Part shown: piece by piece, positions 49,776 through 59,640 of the stretch
How positions within the stretch are numbered: the first letter of the stretch is position 1
Layout of the letters: every line of letters starts with the position of its first letter
Origin: Fimicolochytrium jonesii
Lineage: Eukaryota
DNA length: 64,000 nucleotides
Assembly (NCBI RefSeq): GCF_025526975.1
Contig: NW_026515690.1
Span: 124,001-188,000, forward strand
Reading direction: 5' to 3'
Made by a program: the position numbers and the translations under genes
The notes under the pieces: generated by a model
The model's input: the letters and a program-made list of their open reading frames with translations, nothing else
Told to the model about the DNA's origin: nothing
Databases searched by the model: none

Positions 49776-50951
49776 CTACCTGAACATATCTCCAGTCCCC
49801 GCCCCCAACTGCTCCCAAATGCCCTCCAACCTCTTCCCCGTCAAATGCGCATCCCCCTCGAAATCCCTCCTCTCCACTTCCCCAGCCGCACCCTCAACCT
49901 GACTCTCCATCCTACAAAACACCTCCCTGTTCACCCCAATTGTCAGATGAATCCCCGCCCTGGGCTTTGCAACCACTGCAGACGCCAGTTCGTTCTGCGA
50001 GAGACTGGTGATGTTGGAGACGAGGACGTCGATTTGCGGGATGGCGGCTTTCACAGTTTTGATACGCAGGATGTCGTTGATGTCCCCGACGCAGAAGATG
50101 TGGGGGTGCGTTGGGACTTGCAGGGTCGGGAGGACGTGCACTGTGCCGTCGGGATTGATATGCTGTGGTACGAGGTGTGCAATGGGGCCGGAGTTGAAGG
50201 TTTGTCCGGTGCATGTAAGCGCGAGGTCGACGTCGGGGATGGATGTGCCGTCGGATAAGGTTATGGTGAAAGGGTGCTGGCCGTTGGGAAAACCGCCCTG
50301 TGGGATTGTGGCGCGGGAGTTGAGGTGGGTGTGGATACCGTATTCGATGCAGGTGTCAAGGACGGTTTTGTGCAGGTCGGGATGGAAGCGGTTGAGGAGG
50401 GTTGCCCGGGAATGGACGATGTGGACTTCTTTTTCGGGCATGTATGTCTTCAAATCGGTGGCGATTTGCACGCCGACGGCTCCACCACCGATACAGACGA
50501 TGCGTTTCGCTTTCGCGGCTTGGACTTGGATGCCGCGGAAGTAGGCGATCCCCTCCTGTTTCCCCTCCCCGGGTACATTCCCCGGCGGCGAGAGCCGTGA
50601 GCCCGTCGCATACACAAGAAACTCATACGGAACAGTGGTCCCAAACTCCGCAACCTCCCTATCCAACTCAACATGCCCCTCCGCGACCTTTGTGACAGCA
50701 GCGCGAACAATCCCGCTTTGGCAGACGGCATCACGGAAGAGATTGTCAAAGGGGATCAATGCTTTGTGCTCGTAGCCGGGGATGATGCTGATGCGAGGGA
50801 ATTGGAAGAGATGGGAGAAGTGGGAGTTGCGTTCGATGAGGATTATGCGGTGCGCGGCGGAGAGGGCTTGACTGGCGGCGAGGGCTGTGGCGGCTCGTTT
50901 GCCGAGGTAGGAGGCGCCGACGATGACGATGTTTTTAAGTGATTTGGTCAT
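49776..50951 (-). CDS. AIF/AMID-like FAD/NAD(P)-dependent oxidoreductase (intronless)
   Basis: IVIVGASYLG, LVYATGS, IVCIGGGAVGVQIATD, LQVPTHPHIFCVGD. Confidence 0.92.
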   Translation of the reverse strand: MTKSLKNIVIVGASYLGKRAATALAASQALSAAHRIILIERNSHFSHLFQFPRISIIPGYEHKALIPFDNLFRDAVCQSGIVRAAVTKVAEGHVELDREVAEFGTTVPYEFLVYATGSRLSPPGNVPGEGKQEGIAYFRGIQVQAAKAKRIVCIGGGAVGVQIATDLKTYMPEKEVHIVHSRATLLNRFHPDLHKTVLDTCIEYGIHTHLNSRATIPQGGFPNGQHPFTITLSDGTSIPDVDLALTCTGQTFNSGPIAHLVPQHINPDGTVHVLPTLQVPTHPHIFCVGDINDILRIKTVKAAIPQIDVLVSNITSLSQNELASAVVAKPRAGIHLTIGVNREVFCRMESQVEGAAGEVERRDFEGDAHLTGKRLEGIWEQLGAGTGDMFR

Positions 50952-51450
50952 GGTTGATGGTATTCTTTACTGATTGCGAGCGGCGAAGTTGAAGAACACT
51001 CTGGGAGGTGCTTTCCCCGCCAACGCTTTTATAGGCGGCGGGCAATGAGCCCTGTGTCGAACCCTACACCGTCCCCGGGCCTGAAAGCGGAAGCATATCT
51101 ACTGTACGCGCTGCAGTTCCTTGCCAAGGGCTGCAGCCAGTATTGTATGAAGCACCCACTATATGCCCGGGAGTGGTCCTTACAGGTATGTGTTTCCGAG
51201 TGGTAGTCCGTTCCGGCCGACATGTGGGCGAGTTCCGGGATGGCCGCCATTTGGAATTCCGACAACGACTTCCCCTCCCGGAACGACCCAACACGGAACG
51301 AGGAGCGCCGCTAGCAGCGTACGTACGCACACTTACGGTACTGTTGTGGGACTTCTTCTCTCGCTCTTGCTGTATGTACATATGTGTGTTTTGCGGGAGT
51401 CTTGCCTGTTCAGCCATGATTGGAACACTTCCGATCGGAATGTTCATCCC

Positions 51451-51633
51451 TGTGAGAGAAGCATCCCATCATCCCATCCCCATCCCATGCGTCCACGTGA
51501 CCCTACTACAGTTTATTGTTTCCTTCCCTACATGTCGGAGTACGCTGGACCTTGTTCTTCTCTTTTTAGTCTTCATCCTGAATGGAGCTTGATAAACGTT
51601 GACAATAGATACATCATAGAGCTTTCTCTTACA
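51451..51633 (+). repeat. 5' LTR
   Basis: TGTGAGAGAAGC...GCTTTCTCTTACA; identical to 55766-55948. Confidence 0.97.
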
Positions 51634-51644
51634 TGGTAGCATCC
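51634..51644 (+). promoter_or_regulatory. Primer-binding site TGGTAGCA(TCC), initiator tRNA-Met-like
   Basis: Immediately follows the 5' LTR and is complementary to a ...UGCUACCA tRNA 3' end typical of eukaryotic tRNAi-Met. Confidence 0.75.
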
Positions 51645-51898
51645 ACCAAAGGCAACAACACCGACCAACGAGCAGACCACCTACGTACGAGCCCATCGTT
51701 GTCCCAGCGCTTTGAGTTGATCAGTCGACCACGTTCCCACGCTATTCCGTGAGAACTTAGCACATTTCATAAGTAAACCCGGCGACACACGGAAACCCAT
51801 CCATCCATCCCGTCCCGCCAACAATCCATCCATCCGACGACGATCGAACCATCTCCGCACGACCAATCACCTTCCCTACTGTTCTCCGACGCTACAGA

Positions 51899-53281
51899 AT
51901 GACCAAACTCGGCAAGACAAGGTCCCGCACCGTTGTGGTACGTGGTGAAGCCTCCGACGGGCGCCAATTCGAACGTGTAGAAGAGGACGTCGAACGCACG
52001 GAGAGGTCTGGCCTCGACGAGGAAACAGATCTCAGCCGTGCAAACCAGGCGCACGAGGAAGCTATCCCGGAAGAGGACCAGGAAGTCCAGCCGGAGGAAG
52101 TCGAGATCGAGGGCCCTCCCACCCCGCCGGATGATCAGGCAGACGACTCCGACGATAATGACCCGGAACTGCCCACCCGCGCCGAACTCGCCCAACTGTC
52201 CAAGCGCCTCTTTCAGCAGAACCAAGAAATCATGGCCTTGCTCCGACGTCAGACCACGGACGCCAAGATCGCCGCGCAGCCAGTGCTCCCGCCCCGCCCG
52301 TATCCGAACCGCACCCTGCGCATCGACCCCCAGACCCAGCTTCCTTCGCCGGTCACCCCTGAATCCTTTATCATCCCCGAAACCGCCGTAGCTAAGGATC
52401 TGCGCAAGAGTCTACACCGCTACGACGGCACACGCGACATCGCTAAATGCAACCAATTCCTCGCTGCGTTCGAACGTTACTTCCGCGCCGCTCCTCCAAT
52501 GACCGACGTCGGCAAGATCGAGATGGCTGCGGGCCGTCTAGACGGCCTCGCCGCCACATGGTTCGATCAGGTCGGCTGTCGCGTAGTCGTCACTTGGCAA
52601 GATTTCGCAGCGGCGGTCCGAACTCGTTTTGTCCCCAGCGGTGCAACTGATCAGGCCCGCGACGCTCTCGAGACCCTGAAGCAGTTAACCTCAGTGGACG
52701 CTTACTACAAGGAATTCCAGAAGCTCCACCTGTCCTGCCCCCAGGTCAGTGACGCGGACGCCGCCAGATACTTTATCCGCGGCCTCAAGGACAAGATTGC
52801 AGAGCACATTCTCGCCCAATCAAATGTCAAGACACTTTCCGTGGATGAGGTCTACGACATCGCCGACCGTCTCGACCGCGCTAGCTACCGCGCCTTCTTG
52901 GCCAAGAAAGCAAAACAAGACCAGGATCCCCGGAACCAAGCCAACCCCTTCGCTTCAAGTGGCACGCCGACCTCCAACTGGCCAGCGAAGCGCGCCTTTC
53001 CCCCTGGTGCGGCTGTTGCCCAGGCCGAAACAAAGAAGAGCCGCTTCGCCAATTGGCCGGCCGCGAAACTAGAACGGTTGACCCCTGAAGAGCGCGCCCG
53101 CTGCCTCCGAGAAGGACTATGCCTAAGGTGCCGTCAACACGGGCACGTCGGATACCTCTGCCCCAACATGCCGCCGCGCCCAGTCGCTGTTCAGAACCTC
53201 GAAACCTCGGATGTCCAAGACCACCACACGACCGAGGGCGATATGATCCATCCCGACCGCCAGATCCCGACGGGTTTTTAA
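51899..53281 (+). CDS. gag: Retrotransposon Gag with CCHC zinc knuckle
   Basis: YDGTRD...LDGLAATWF...LKQLTSVDAYYKEF...FIRGLK capsid motifs and CLRCRQHGHVGYLC. Confidence 0.93.
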   Translation: MTKLGKTRSRTVVVRGEASDGRQFERVEEDVERTERSGLDEETDLSRANQAHEEAIPEEDQEVQPEEVEIEGPPTPPDDQADDSDDNDPELPTRAELAQLSKRLFQQNQEIMALLRRQTTDAKIAAQPVLPPRPYPNRTLRIDPQTQLPSPVTPESFIIPETAVAKDLRKSLHRYDGTRDIAKCNQFLAAFERYFRAAPPMTDVGKIEMAAGRLDGLAATWFDQVGCRVVVTWQDFAAAVRTRFVPSGATDQARDALETLKQLTSVDAYYKEFQKLHLSCPQVSDADAARYFIRGLKDKIAEHILAQSNVKTLSVDEVYDIADRLDRASYRAFLAKKAKQDQDPRNQANPFASSGTPTSNWPAKRAFPPGAAVAQAETKKSRFANWPAAKLERLTPEERARCLREGLCLRCRQHGHVGYLCPNMPPRPVAVQNLETSDVQDHHTTEGDMIHPDRQIPTGF

Positions 53282-55608
53282 AGCGTCCCAGAGCGACGGC
53301 CACGCTCTCGGGACCTAACCTTGGTCGACCCCCTGATTCGATCCCTGTGGGAAGCGGCGAAGCAACCGCACCTAAGAAACGACGCCGTGTTCATTTCTTC
53401 GCCGACACAACACAATTCCAAAAACCTACCACACTATCCACCGCAAATCGTACTCCCCTCAAACCCAGGAAGGACCCAGCTCCAGTACAACCGATCCTGC
53501 ACACGAAACGTTCCGTAGACCCTGCAGCATTCCGACATGCGCCTCTCCAATCCGTGTCCCTCCCTGTCTCCGACAGTGACCTTGATACCCCAATGGTGCT
53601 GAACTTGGCAAAACCTCTTTCCGTACTCCACGGTGACCACGACCCTAGCCCCATCGTCCACGATGGTGACCCCAGACCTAAGAGCCCGTCTCCAACGGTG
53701 ACCCAGATACTCAGCCCGTTGGCCGCAACGGTGACCCGCGATCCCAGACCCCCCCGGAAACCCCCCAAACCCAATTCGACACAGACCCCACACTCAAAAC
53801 TGCCCACCGACGCCACCGACCCCTCCCCGTTGTCCATTGCGAAAGACCCAAGCACATCGCAAGCTCTAGTCCACGTCCAACGAAAGCTGAAGGCCATCGG
53901 CGGCACGCTTGACGCCCGACAGGAACAAGCCGCGTGGATCGAAACGCTGCAAGAGTACGACGTCAAGATCCAATATGTCCCTGGCGAGGCCAACACGCTC
54001 GCAGATCTGCTGTCCCGACGCGCCGACTACGCACCTAAGTGCTCCAAGTGTTCAAATATTGCCGCAATCTCGACCATCGTGACCACATCCACCGACTTAC
54101 ACGACATCGTGCGTGCGGCGCTACCCAAAGACCCTCTCGCGCACAGCATACGCGCCGCCCTCCAGCGACCTATAACCGCCCAAAGTCAGAAGGAGCGACG
54201 CTACACCGATGAAGACGGCCTCCTCTTCTACGAACACCGCCTATACGTACCAGATATCCCGCTCCGGCTACAACTGCTTCACGACGCTCATACCGCGGGC
54301 GCCGCCGGTCATCCCGGATGGTTTCGCACCTGGGAGAAACTGGTCCGACATTTCTACTGGCCACGAATGGAGCGCGCCGTAAAAGCCTACGTCAACGGAT
54401 GCGACAGCTGTCTCCGCGCGAAGACCGGCCGACGTCGCCATGGACTACTCCAACCGCTACCCGTCCCAAACGCCCGTTGGTCGGATGTCACACTCGATTT
54501 CGCTTTCCTCCCCAAGGACGCCAAAGGCCGGGATCTTCTGATGATCGTAGTGGACCGCCTCACGAAACGGGTGCACTTGATTCCAACCCATCGCGAGGTC
54601 ACGGCCGAGGAAATCGGAGAACTCTTCTGCGAACACATCATCAAATTGCACGGCATCCCATCCACTCTGGTAACCGACCGCGATACCAAGTTCACGGCCA
54701 CCGTCTGGCGCACCATCTCCGAATACCTCGGCTTCGAGACAGCCATCGCGACCGCTGCCCATCAACAGACCGACGGACAGACAGAGCGGGCGATCCAGAC
54801 GCTAAAGGACATGCTGGCAGCCACCCCCGATTTAACCGGTCGAAACTGGTCAAGGTACCTCGTGGCCCTCGAATTCGCCTACAATGACTCCATCAACGCC
54901 TCCACCGGAATGACGCCATTCGAGGCAGATCTCGGCTATCACCCGCAAACACCGCGCAGCATAGGCACAGAGACCAATCAGCCCACCGAACAGACAGTAT
55001 GGGCCAGCCGGATGGGCGACATTGTTGTTCTCCTCAAAGAGCGGCTCCGCGAAGCCCAAGACCGATTCGCCGCTTACGCCGACGCTCGCCGAGTTCCCCA
55101 GGATTCCCGCCTCGGCCCCGGCACGCATGTACTAGTGCACCGCAATGCCATCACCGTCCCCGAATATCGCAACCTGCCGAACGCCAATCTCAAGATCCTA
55201 CCCCAATTTCTCGGTCCGTACCCGGTTGTCAAGCTCGGCCCTCAACCCAATACATACGAGGTCAAACTACCCCCAATCCTCGCCCGACAACATCCGGTAT
55301 TTCACTGCGATGTCCTACGACTCTACACCGCAGAGAAACCCCCACTGTACACAGTCAGCGCGGACGGCCACCCATATGCGGAGATCTTACGGGAACGCAA
55401 GACATACGGGAGGATGCTTTACCTCGCTCGCCGATCAGGAGAACCCCCACACACCGCAGATTGGGTACCCCTCCACGCCGTCGCCAAATCCGTTGCCTTC
55501 ATTGCATACCAGAATAACTGGCCGACCCGTACTACTGTCCACCAGCACGACCCCCTTCCACCGACCCCCACCGCCGACGACCCATCCACCGCAAGCGACC
55601 AACAATGA
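53119..55608 (+). CDS. pol: Reduced Pol: Pro/Thr-rich linker + RNase H C-terminal remnant + integrase + degenerate chromodomain
   Basis: WIETLQEYDVKIQYVPGEANTLADLLSR; HHCC (HTAGAAGHPG...CDSC); DDE core (TLDF, VVDRLTK, TDRD, QTDGQTER); GPY; EILRER..GRMLYL...G....DWVP. No DSG/DTG protease motif and no YxDD RT motif. Confidence 0.92.
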   Translation: MPKVPSTRARRIPLPQHAAAPSRCSEPRNLGCPRPPHDRGRYDPSRPPDPDGFLKRPRATATLSGPNLGRPPDSIPVGSGEATAPKKRRRVHFFADTTQFQKPTTLSTANRTPLKPRKDPAPVQPILHTKRSVDPAAFRHAPLQSVSLPVSDSDLDTPMVLNLAKPLSVLHGDHDPSPIVHDGDPRPKSPSPTVTQILSPLAATVTRDPRPPRKPPKPNSTQTPHSKLPTDATDPSPLSIAKDPSTSQALVHVQRKLKAIGGTLDARQEQAAWIETLQEYDVKIQYVPGEANTLADLLSRRADYAPKCSKCSNIAAISTIVTTSTDLHDIVRAALPKDPLAHSIRAALQRPITAQSQKERRYTDEDGLLFYEHRLYVPDIPLRLQLLHDAHTAGAAGHPGWFRTWEKLVRHFYWPRMERAVKAYVNGCDSCLRAKTGRRRHGLLQPLPVPNARWSDVTLDFAFLPKDAKGRDLLMIVVDRLTKRVHLIPTHREVTAEEIGELFCEHIIKLHGIPSTLVTDRDTKFTATVWRTISEYLGFETAIATAAHQQTDGQTERAIQTLKDMLAATPDLTGRNWSRYLVALEFAYNDSINASTGMTPFEADLGYHPQTPRSIGTETNQPTEQTVWASRMGDIVVLLKERLREAQDRFAAYADARRVPQDSRLGPGTHVLVHRNAITVPEYRNLPNANLKILPQFLGPYPVVKLGPQPNTYEVKLPPILARQHPVFHCDVLRLYTAEKPPLYTVSADGHPYAEILRERKTYGRMLYLARRSGEPPHTADWVPLHAVAKSVAFIAYQNNWPTRTTVHQHDPLPPTPTADDPSTASDQQ
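53272..53281 (+). promoter_or_regulatory. Putative -1 ribosomal frameshift slippery site G GGT TTT (TAA)
   Basis: X XXY YYZ heptamer at the gag stop; the downstream ORF is in the -1 frame. Confidence 0.7.
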
Positions 55609-55757
55609 GACACCGGTCCTCTGCCGTCCCCACTTCCTCGGAAGTTTAGGCATCACCACCGTCACCCCGCGACGACAACCACCGAATCCTTCCTCCCCAT
55701 TCCCATCCCATCCCCATCCCCGTCTTCTATGCTTCTCTGTAAAACTCTTCGAGTTTT

Positions 55758-55765
55758 AAGGGGGG
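55758..55765 (+). promoter_or_regulatory. Polypurine tract
   Basis: AAGGGGGG immediately before the 3' LTR. Confidence 0.85.
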
Positions 55766-55948
55766 TGTGAGAGAAGCATCCCATCATCCCATCCCCATCC
55801 CATGCGTCCACGTGACCCTACTACAGTTTATTGTTTCCTTCCCTACATGTCGGAGTACGCTGGACCTTGTTCTTCTCTTTTTAGTCTTCATCCTGAATGG
55901 AGCTTGATAAACGTTGACAATAGATACATCATAGAGCTTTCTCTTACA
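55766..55948 (+). repeat. 3' LTR
   Basis: Identical to the 5' LTR; followed by the TSD. Confidence 0.97.
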
Positions 55949-56040
55949 ATCCCGGAATGTTCGCTGTCAAATGCAGTTCGCTTTCCGCGCCCACGGCCGG
56001 GAGCTTCCCAAATCCCAATTCAGGCCGTAACTCCATCAAG

Positions 56041-56151
56041 TTCCATGCCACACGACGGATCGAGCGTACGGCGACTTGTCTGTGGAATCGTCGTCTGACC
56101 CTAGCATCCAACTTCATCCACCTTCTTCGCATCGTAATGCCCACCAAAGAC
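56041..56151 (+). repeat. ~100-bp dispersed direct repeat (second copy 59663-59763)
   Basis: TTCCATGCCACACGAC...GTGGAATCGTCGTCTGACCCTA...CCACCAAAGAC, with a few substitutions and one ~10-bp indel. Confidence 0.9.
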
Positions 56152-56754
56152 AACCTGACGCCCAAATACCTGTTTCGATGGATATGAACTATTCAGTGCA
56201 GGAGGGGCCCCGGAACCAACGACGCGCTCCTTGTATGTACATGGTCAACCTCCAAGCGACAAAATTAACACGGCTCCCCCCTCAGCTACCGTCAACTGTG
56301 CCGGGCAGGTGGTCTCCAAGACTGTGGACGACGTGGATGACGTCTAGCTCCAGTACGATGTTTACGATAAAGTCTCCAAGAGTCTGAAAGAGCGCTGGTT
56401 CAAGTGCCGTATTGTCAGACTCATATTGGGATGCAAGGAAGGCTACCGTTCTTGTCGGCAAGGCCAAGCGGCTTGCTCGCCGATGAAAGGCAACGGGCTC
56501 ATGTTCGGCCTCCTGGGTGCAGAACAAAAGGCTCTGGTCAATACGGAATCCCCTTCGCCACGAGATAGCTGAAATAAGTTCATCACGTGACGATCCGCAG
56601 GCTATTGCGTTACACCTGCGTTACACCACGTTGTACGGGGGTAGACGGGGGTAGTTAGTCACAGACTCACAGTACATACATCCTCCCCTAGAACCTTGGC
56701 TTCCCCTAACCTGCAGATCCCATTTGACAGAGCGACTGGACCAACGTACGAACC

Positions 56755-57831
56755 ATGCCACAACCTCTCAATCGAAGCGACTGCATCCTGGTGTCTCGAA
56801 TTGAGAGCGACGTCGAATTTCAGCAACCACGGAGGCTTATCGATCGTCGCGTATACTCGGGTGCACAAGGAACAGTGTGTCAAGTGATTCGAACAGTGGA
56901 AGGCGCCGAAAGGGAGCTTGCAGCCCGCAAAAACCTTCATCATCACTTGCAAAGCGTTGCCGCTTCCAATGACGGGAAGGTGCTCATCGTTGTAGAAATG
57001 GAATTGTTAAAGGCGGCATCGGGAATGCCGCATATGCCGGACTTCTTAGGGGCCGCACAAGCGGAAGCAGACGACACTGTTTACCTTTTTTATCAGCCAT
57101 GGTGCGAATTCACTCTGGCTCGCTGGCTTGCGGCACCTCTAAGTACGGACATTGACGGCCCATCCACGCCTTCGAAGAGGAAGCAGTTGGGATTGCAGTG
57201 GATGGTATGCATGGCAGCAGCAATTTACGGACTCCATGCTGCACAAAGCCCAATCATCCATCGCGATCTCAAACCGACGAATATCTGCATCACGGGGACC
57301 GGCCATTTGTGCTTCGTTGATTTCGGGGTGGCACGCTTGTGCAAAGACGACACTGTCTGTTCTACATATGTGGGAACTGAGGAATACATGGCCCCTGAAG
57401 TTGGACGCGCTTCTCACTATGGTCGCACTTCAGAGGTCGTCTCCTTAGCTTGCATTTACAGTGAGATCTTGACAGTCGTCGCTGGATACAACGTCGACAC
57501 TGGGCTCCGTGCCTGTCGTAGAAATCAGCCATATGCGCGCACTGTAAAGAAGACACTGACGTTTCTCAAACGGTGCAAGCCAGAAGACGGATCACTTGAC
57601 GAGTTCATAACCTTAGTGGAAGAAATGTTTGCCCTCAAACCCCTCGATCGGCCGACTCTCTGGGAAGTTCACGGTCGGCTTCTGGACATAGCCGGCCGCC
57701 TCAATTTCCAGCTTAGGTGCTGCGCGACACCGTTAGGCTATGAAGACGACAAGGTTCCCGACGTATCCACGCCGCCCTCGACCGATGAACTCACAACAGA
57801 GTTCCTCGCTCAATGCAGGCTGCAACAGTGA
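56755..57831 (+). CDS. Ser/Thr protein kinase (intronless, divergent; may be partly decayed at the 5' end)
   Basis: LAARK, IIHRDLKPTN, VDFG, GTEEYMAPE and DRPT. The Gly loop is degenerate and subdomain IX reads SEVVSL instead of SDVFSL. Confidence 0.85.
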   Translation: MPQPLNRSDCILVSRIESDVEFQQPRRLIDRRVYSGAQGTVCQVIRTVEGAERELAARKNLHHHLQSVAASNDGKVLIVVEMELLKAASGMPHMPDFLGAAQAEADDTVYLFYQPWCEFTLARWLAAPLSTDIDGPSTPSKRKQLGLQWMVCMAAAIYGLHAAQSPIIHRDLKPTNICITGTGHLCFVDFGVARLCKDDTVCSTYVGTEEYMAPEVGRASHYGRTSEVVSLACIYSEILTVVAGYNVDTGLRACRRNQPYARTVKKTLTFLKRCKPEDGSLDEFITLVEEMFALKPLDRPTLWEVHGRLLDIAGRLNFQLRCCATPLGYEDDKVPDVSTPPSTDELTTEFLAQCRLQQ

Positions 57832-57871
57832 CGTCGCGGGTGCCGTCAGGCGGCCGAATCTCATTGCTAAC

Positions 57872-57979
57872 ATCAGCACATTTGGTAGTGATTTGTCACA
57901 AAACACTATCAGCACATTTGGTAGTGATTTGTCACAAAACACTATCAGCACATTTGGTAGTGATTTGTCACAAAACACT
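57872..57979. repeat. Perfect 3 x 36-bp tandem repeat
   Basis: ATCAGCACATTTGGTAGTGATTTGTCACAAAACACT three times with no spacers. Confidence 0.96.
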
Positions 57980-58923
57980 CTTTTGTTCCGCATTGTCGTA
58001 ATCAAGCCCTCCATCTGCGAATTTCCTGAATTGCGCAAGGATGGGACCGTGGTTGCCCATATCGGTCGCCGACGAGATAGACCTGATGATCTGTTTGCGG
58101 ATCTCTTTGAACTGTGCCGGCGGGACGTTGGACAAGATGTTTGTAGCTGGTTCTTTAAGATGCGGAAGAGCGTAGCGGGATGGTGCATTGCGAGCGGGGA
58201 TTGGTCGTTGTAGATAATGGCTAGATCCGTTCGGGAAACATCACCGGGCATACTGAAGATGTGAACACCATTGCCCTTCCATCAGACGGCAAGTAGCTGT
58301 TTAGTGGGGGCGTCGACAACACCATTAAGCAGTAGGACTTGTCATCCTTCGTTGTCACTACACATAAAAGTACAACAGTCATTTACAGTATATACTGTAC
58401 ATTCAAAGCTGCATACGGAGGTTCCGGTAGCGGCATCCACTACGTATCGTGTGACATGCAACTTATCGTGTCTTGACGAATACATTGCATGTACACAATG
58501 AACAGGAATCTCGGGATTTTGACGCTGATCATAGTGATCGTTTGTTTAAGTGAACTTCCAGCCTTGCCTACACACTGCGAAGGAAGCCCTCTGCAACGAC
58601 GACTACGACTTCGGCGACGACGACGCCGTTCACGTCCCCTGACCCCACTAGCACGTGCACGACGACCGCATCATCTACTACCTATCCGACAACCACGTCG
58701 CAAGCACCTGTTGCAAGATCTCACCATGTGGATATCATGATCTACACGGATCCGCCCGGCGATCCCTTGAACCTGGCGTAGAATACTGTACATGGGTTCC
58801 CACCTCATGATACCATGAGGTAGACCGGTGGAGCGTACACCATGTACATGACGCTGAAACGGAGGCCGGAGGTCGTGCCGCGAGAAGCGTACACAAACGC
58901 TTTCCTTGGACGTCGTCATCCGC

Positions 58924-59640
58924 CTACTTCGGATCCTGCGGATGCCCAAAAACCCTCAAGTTCCCTTCCGGTTGCGACGCTGTCACGTCATCTCCTGCGT
59001 ATGCGAGAAGGTGTCTCGTTGGATGCCATGCTATGCTATTCGTTGCGGCGGTCGTCTGTATCGTATGCATCGTTTGGCCTGTCTCCACGGCAGACTGTCG
59101 AGATCAAAACGAGGAACATTAGCGTTCGTGACAATGCAAGAATGGCAGAAAGGATGCCTTACGATATCTACTATCCTGTCCTCTGATTCTGACGCAATGA
59201 CCTCGCCATCGTGGCTGAAGCTGATTGTTCGCACGGGCCACCTGAATCCTCAATGAGTAACGGCGTAAAGAGGATGCCACGCAACAGAGTTACTTACTCG
59301 AGTTCGCCAATGAGCGTACGCATATCACCTCATCGATGTCCTATCAGCATACTAATGCATCGGCGCTGCCGGTCGCAAAGTATCTGAGCCGTCATCTGCG
59401 AAGTTAGAGGGTTGCCTGGCTGTGAAGGCTGCATCGTCTTATCACGTTCACATACCTGCCCTTCGGGTCGAATTCCAGGGAGTACAGATTTGCGGTATGT
59501 GCGAACAGATCAAGAGCTGGCTGAAAACTCGGGAACTCCAGAATGCGCACAGTTCCTACACACCTTCAGTACTAGTTTGACGTGGTGAGGTGAGGACAGC
59601 CTCTATGCTTGCTTTCTTACCTTGCCCAGTTGTCATGCCC
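58924..59640 (-). pseudogene. 5'-truncated, intron-retaining THO complex subunit 3 (THOC3/TEX1) WD40 fragment
   Basis: MTTGQ-GTVRILEFP...AHTANLYSLEFDPKG-RYFATGSADALVC**DIDE...-WPVRTISFSHDGEVIASESEDRIVDI-SAVETGQ...IAWHPTRHLLAYAGDD. Adjacent stops at 59341-59346; N-terminal half absent. Confidence 0.85.

Larger units (their letters stand above)
51451..55948 (+). mobile_element. Ty3/gypsy (chromovirus-type) LTR retrotransposon, 4498 bp, lacking protease/RT; 5-bp TSD ATCCC
   Basis: Identical 183-bp TG...CA LTRs, TSD ATCCC at 51446-51450 and 55949-55953, PBS, PPT, gag and integrase ORFs. Confidence 0.96.

Noticed and set aside
57872..57979. 36-bp repeats as a CRISPR array
   Set aside because: Units are head-to-tail with no spacers, there are no cas genes, and the context is eukaryotic.
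57980..58270. Possible second kinase-like fragment
   Set aside because: No HRD/DFG motifs; similarity too vague.
58671..58900. H...H...VRSCNRC resembling an integrase zinc-binding relic
   Set aside because: Spacing is loose and no adjacent DDE core is visible; too weak to call.
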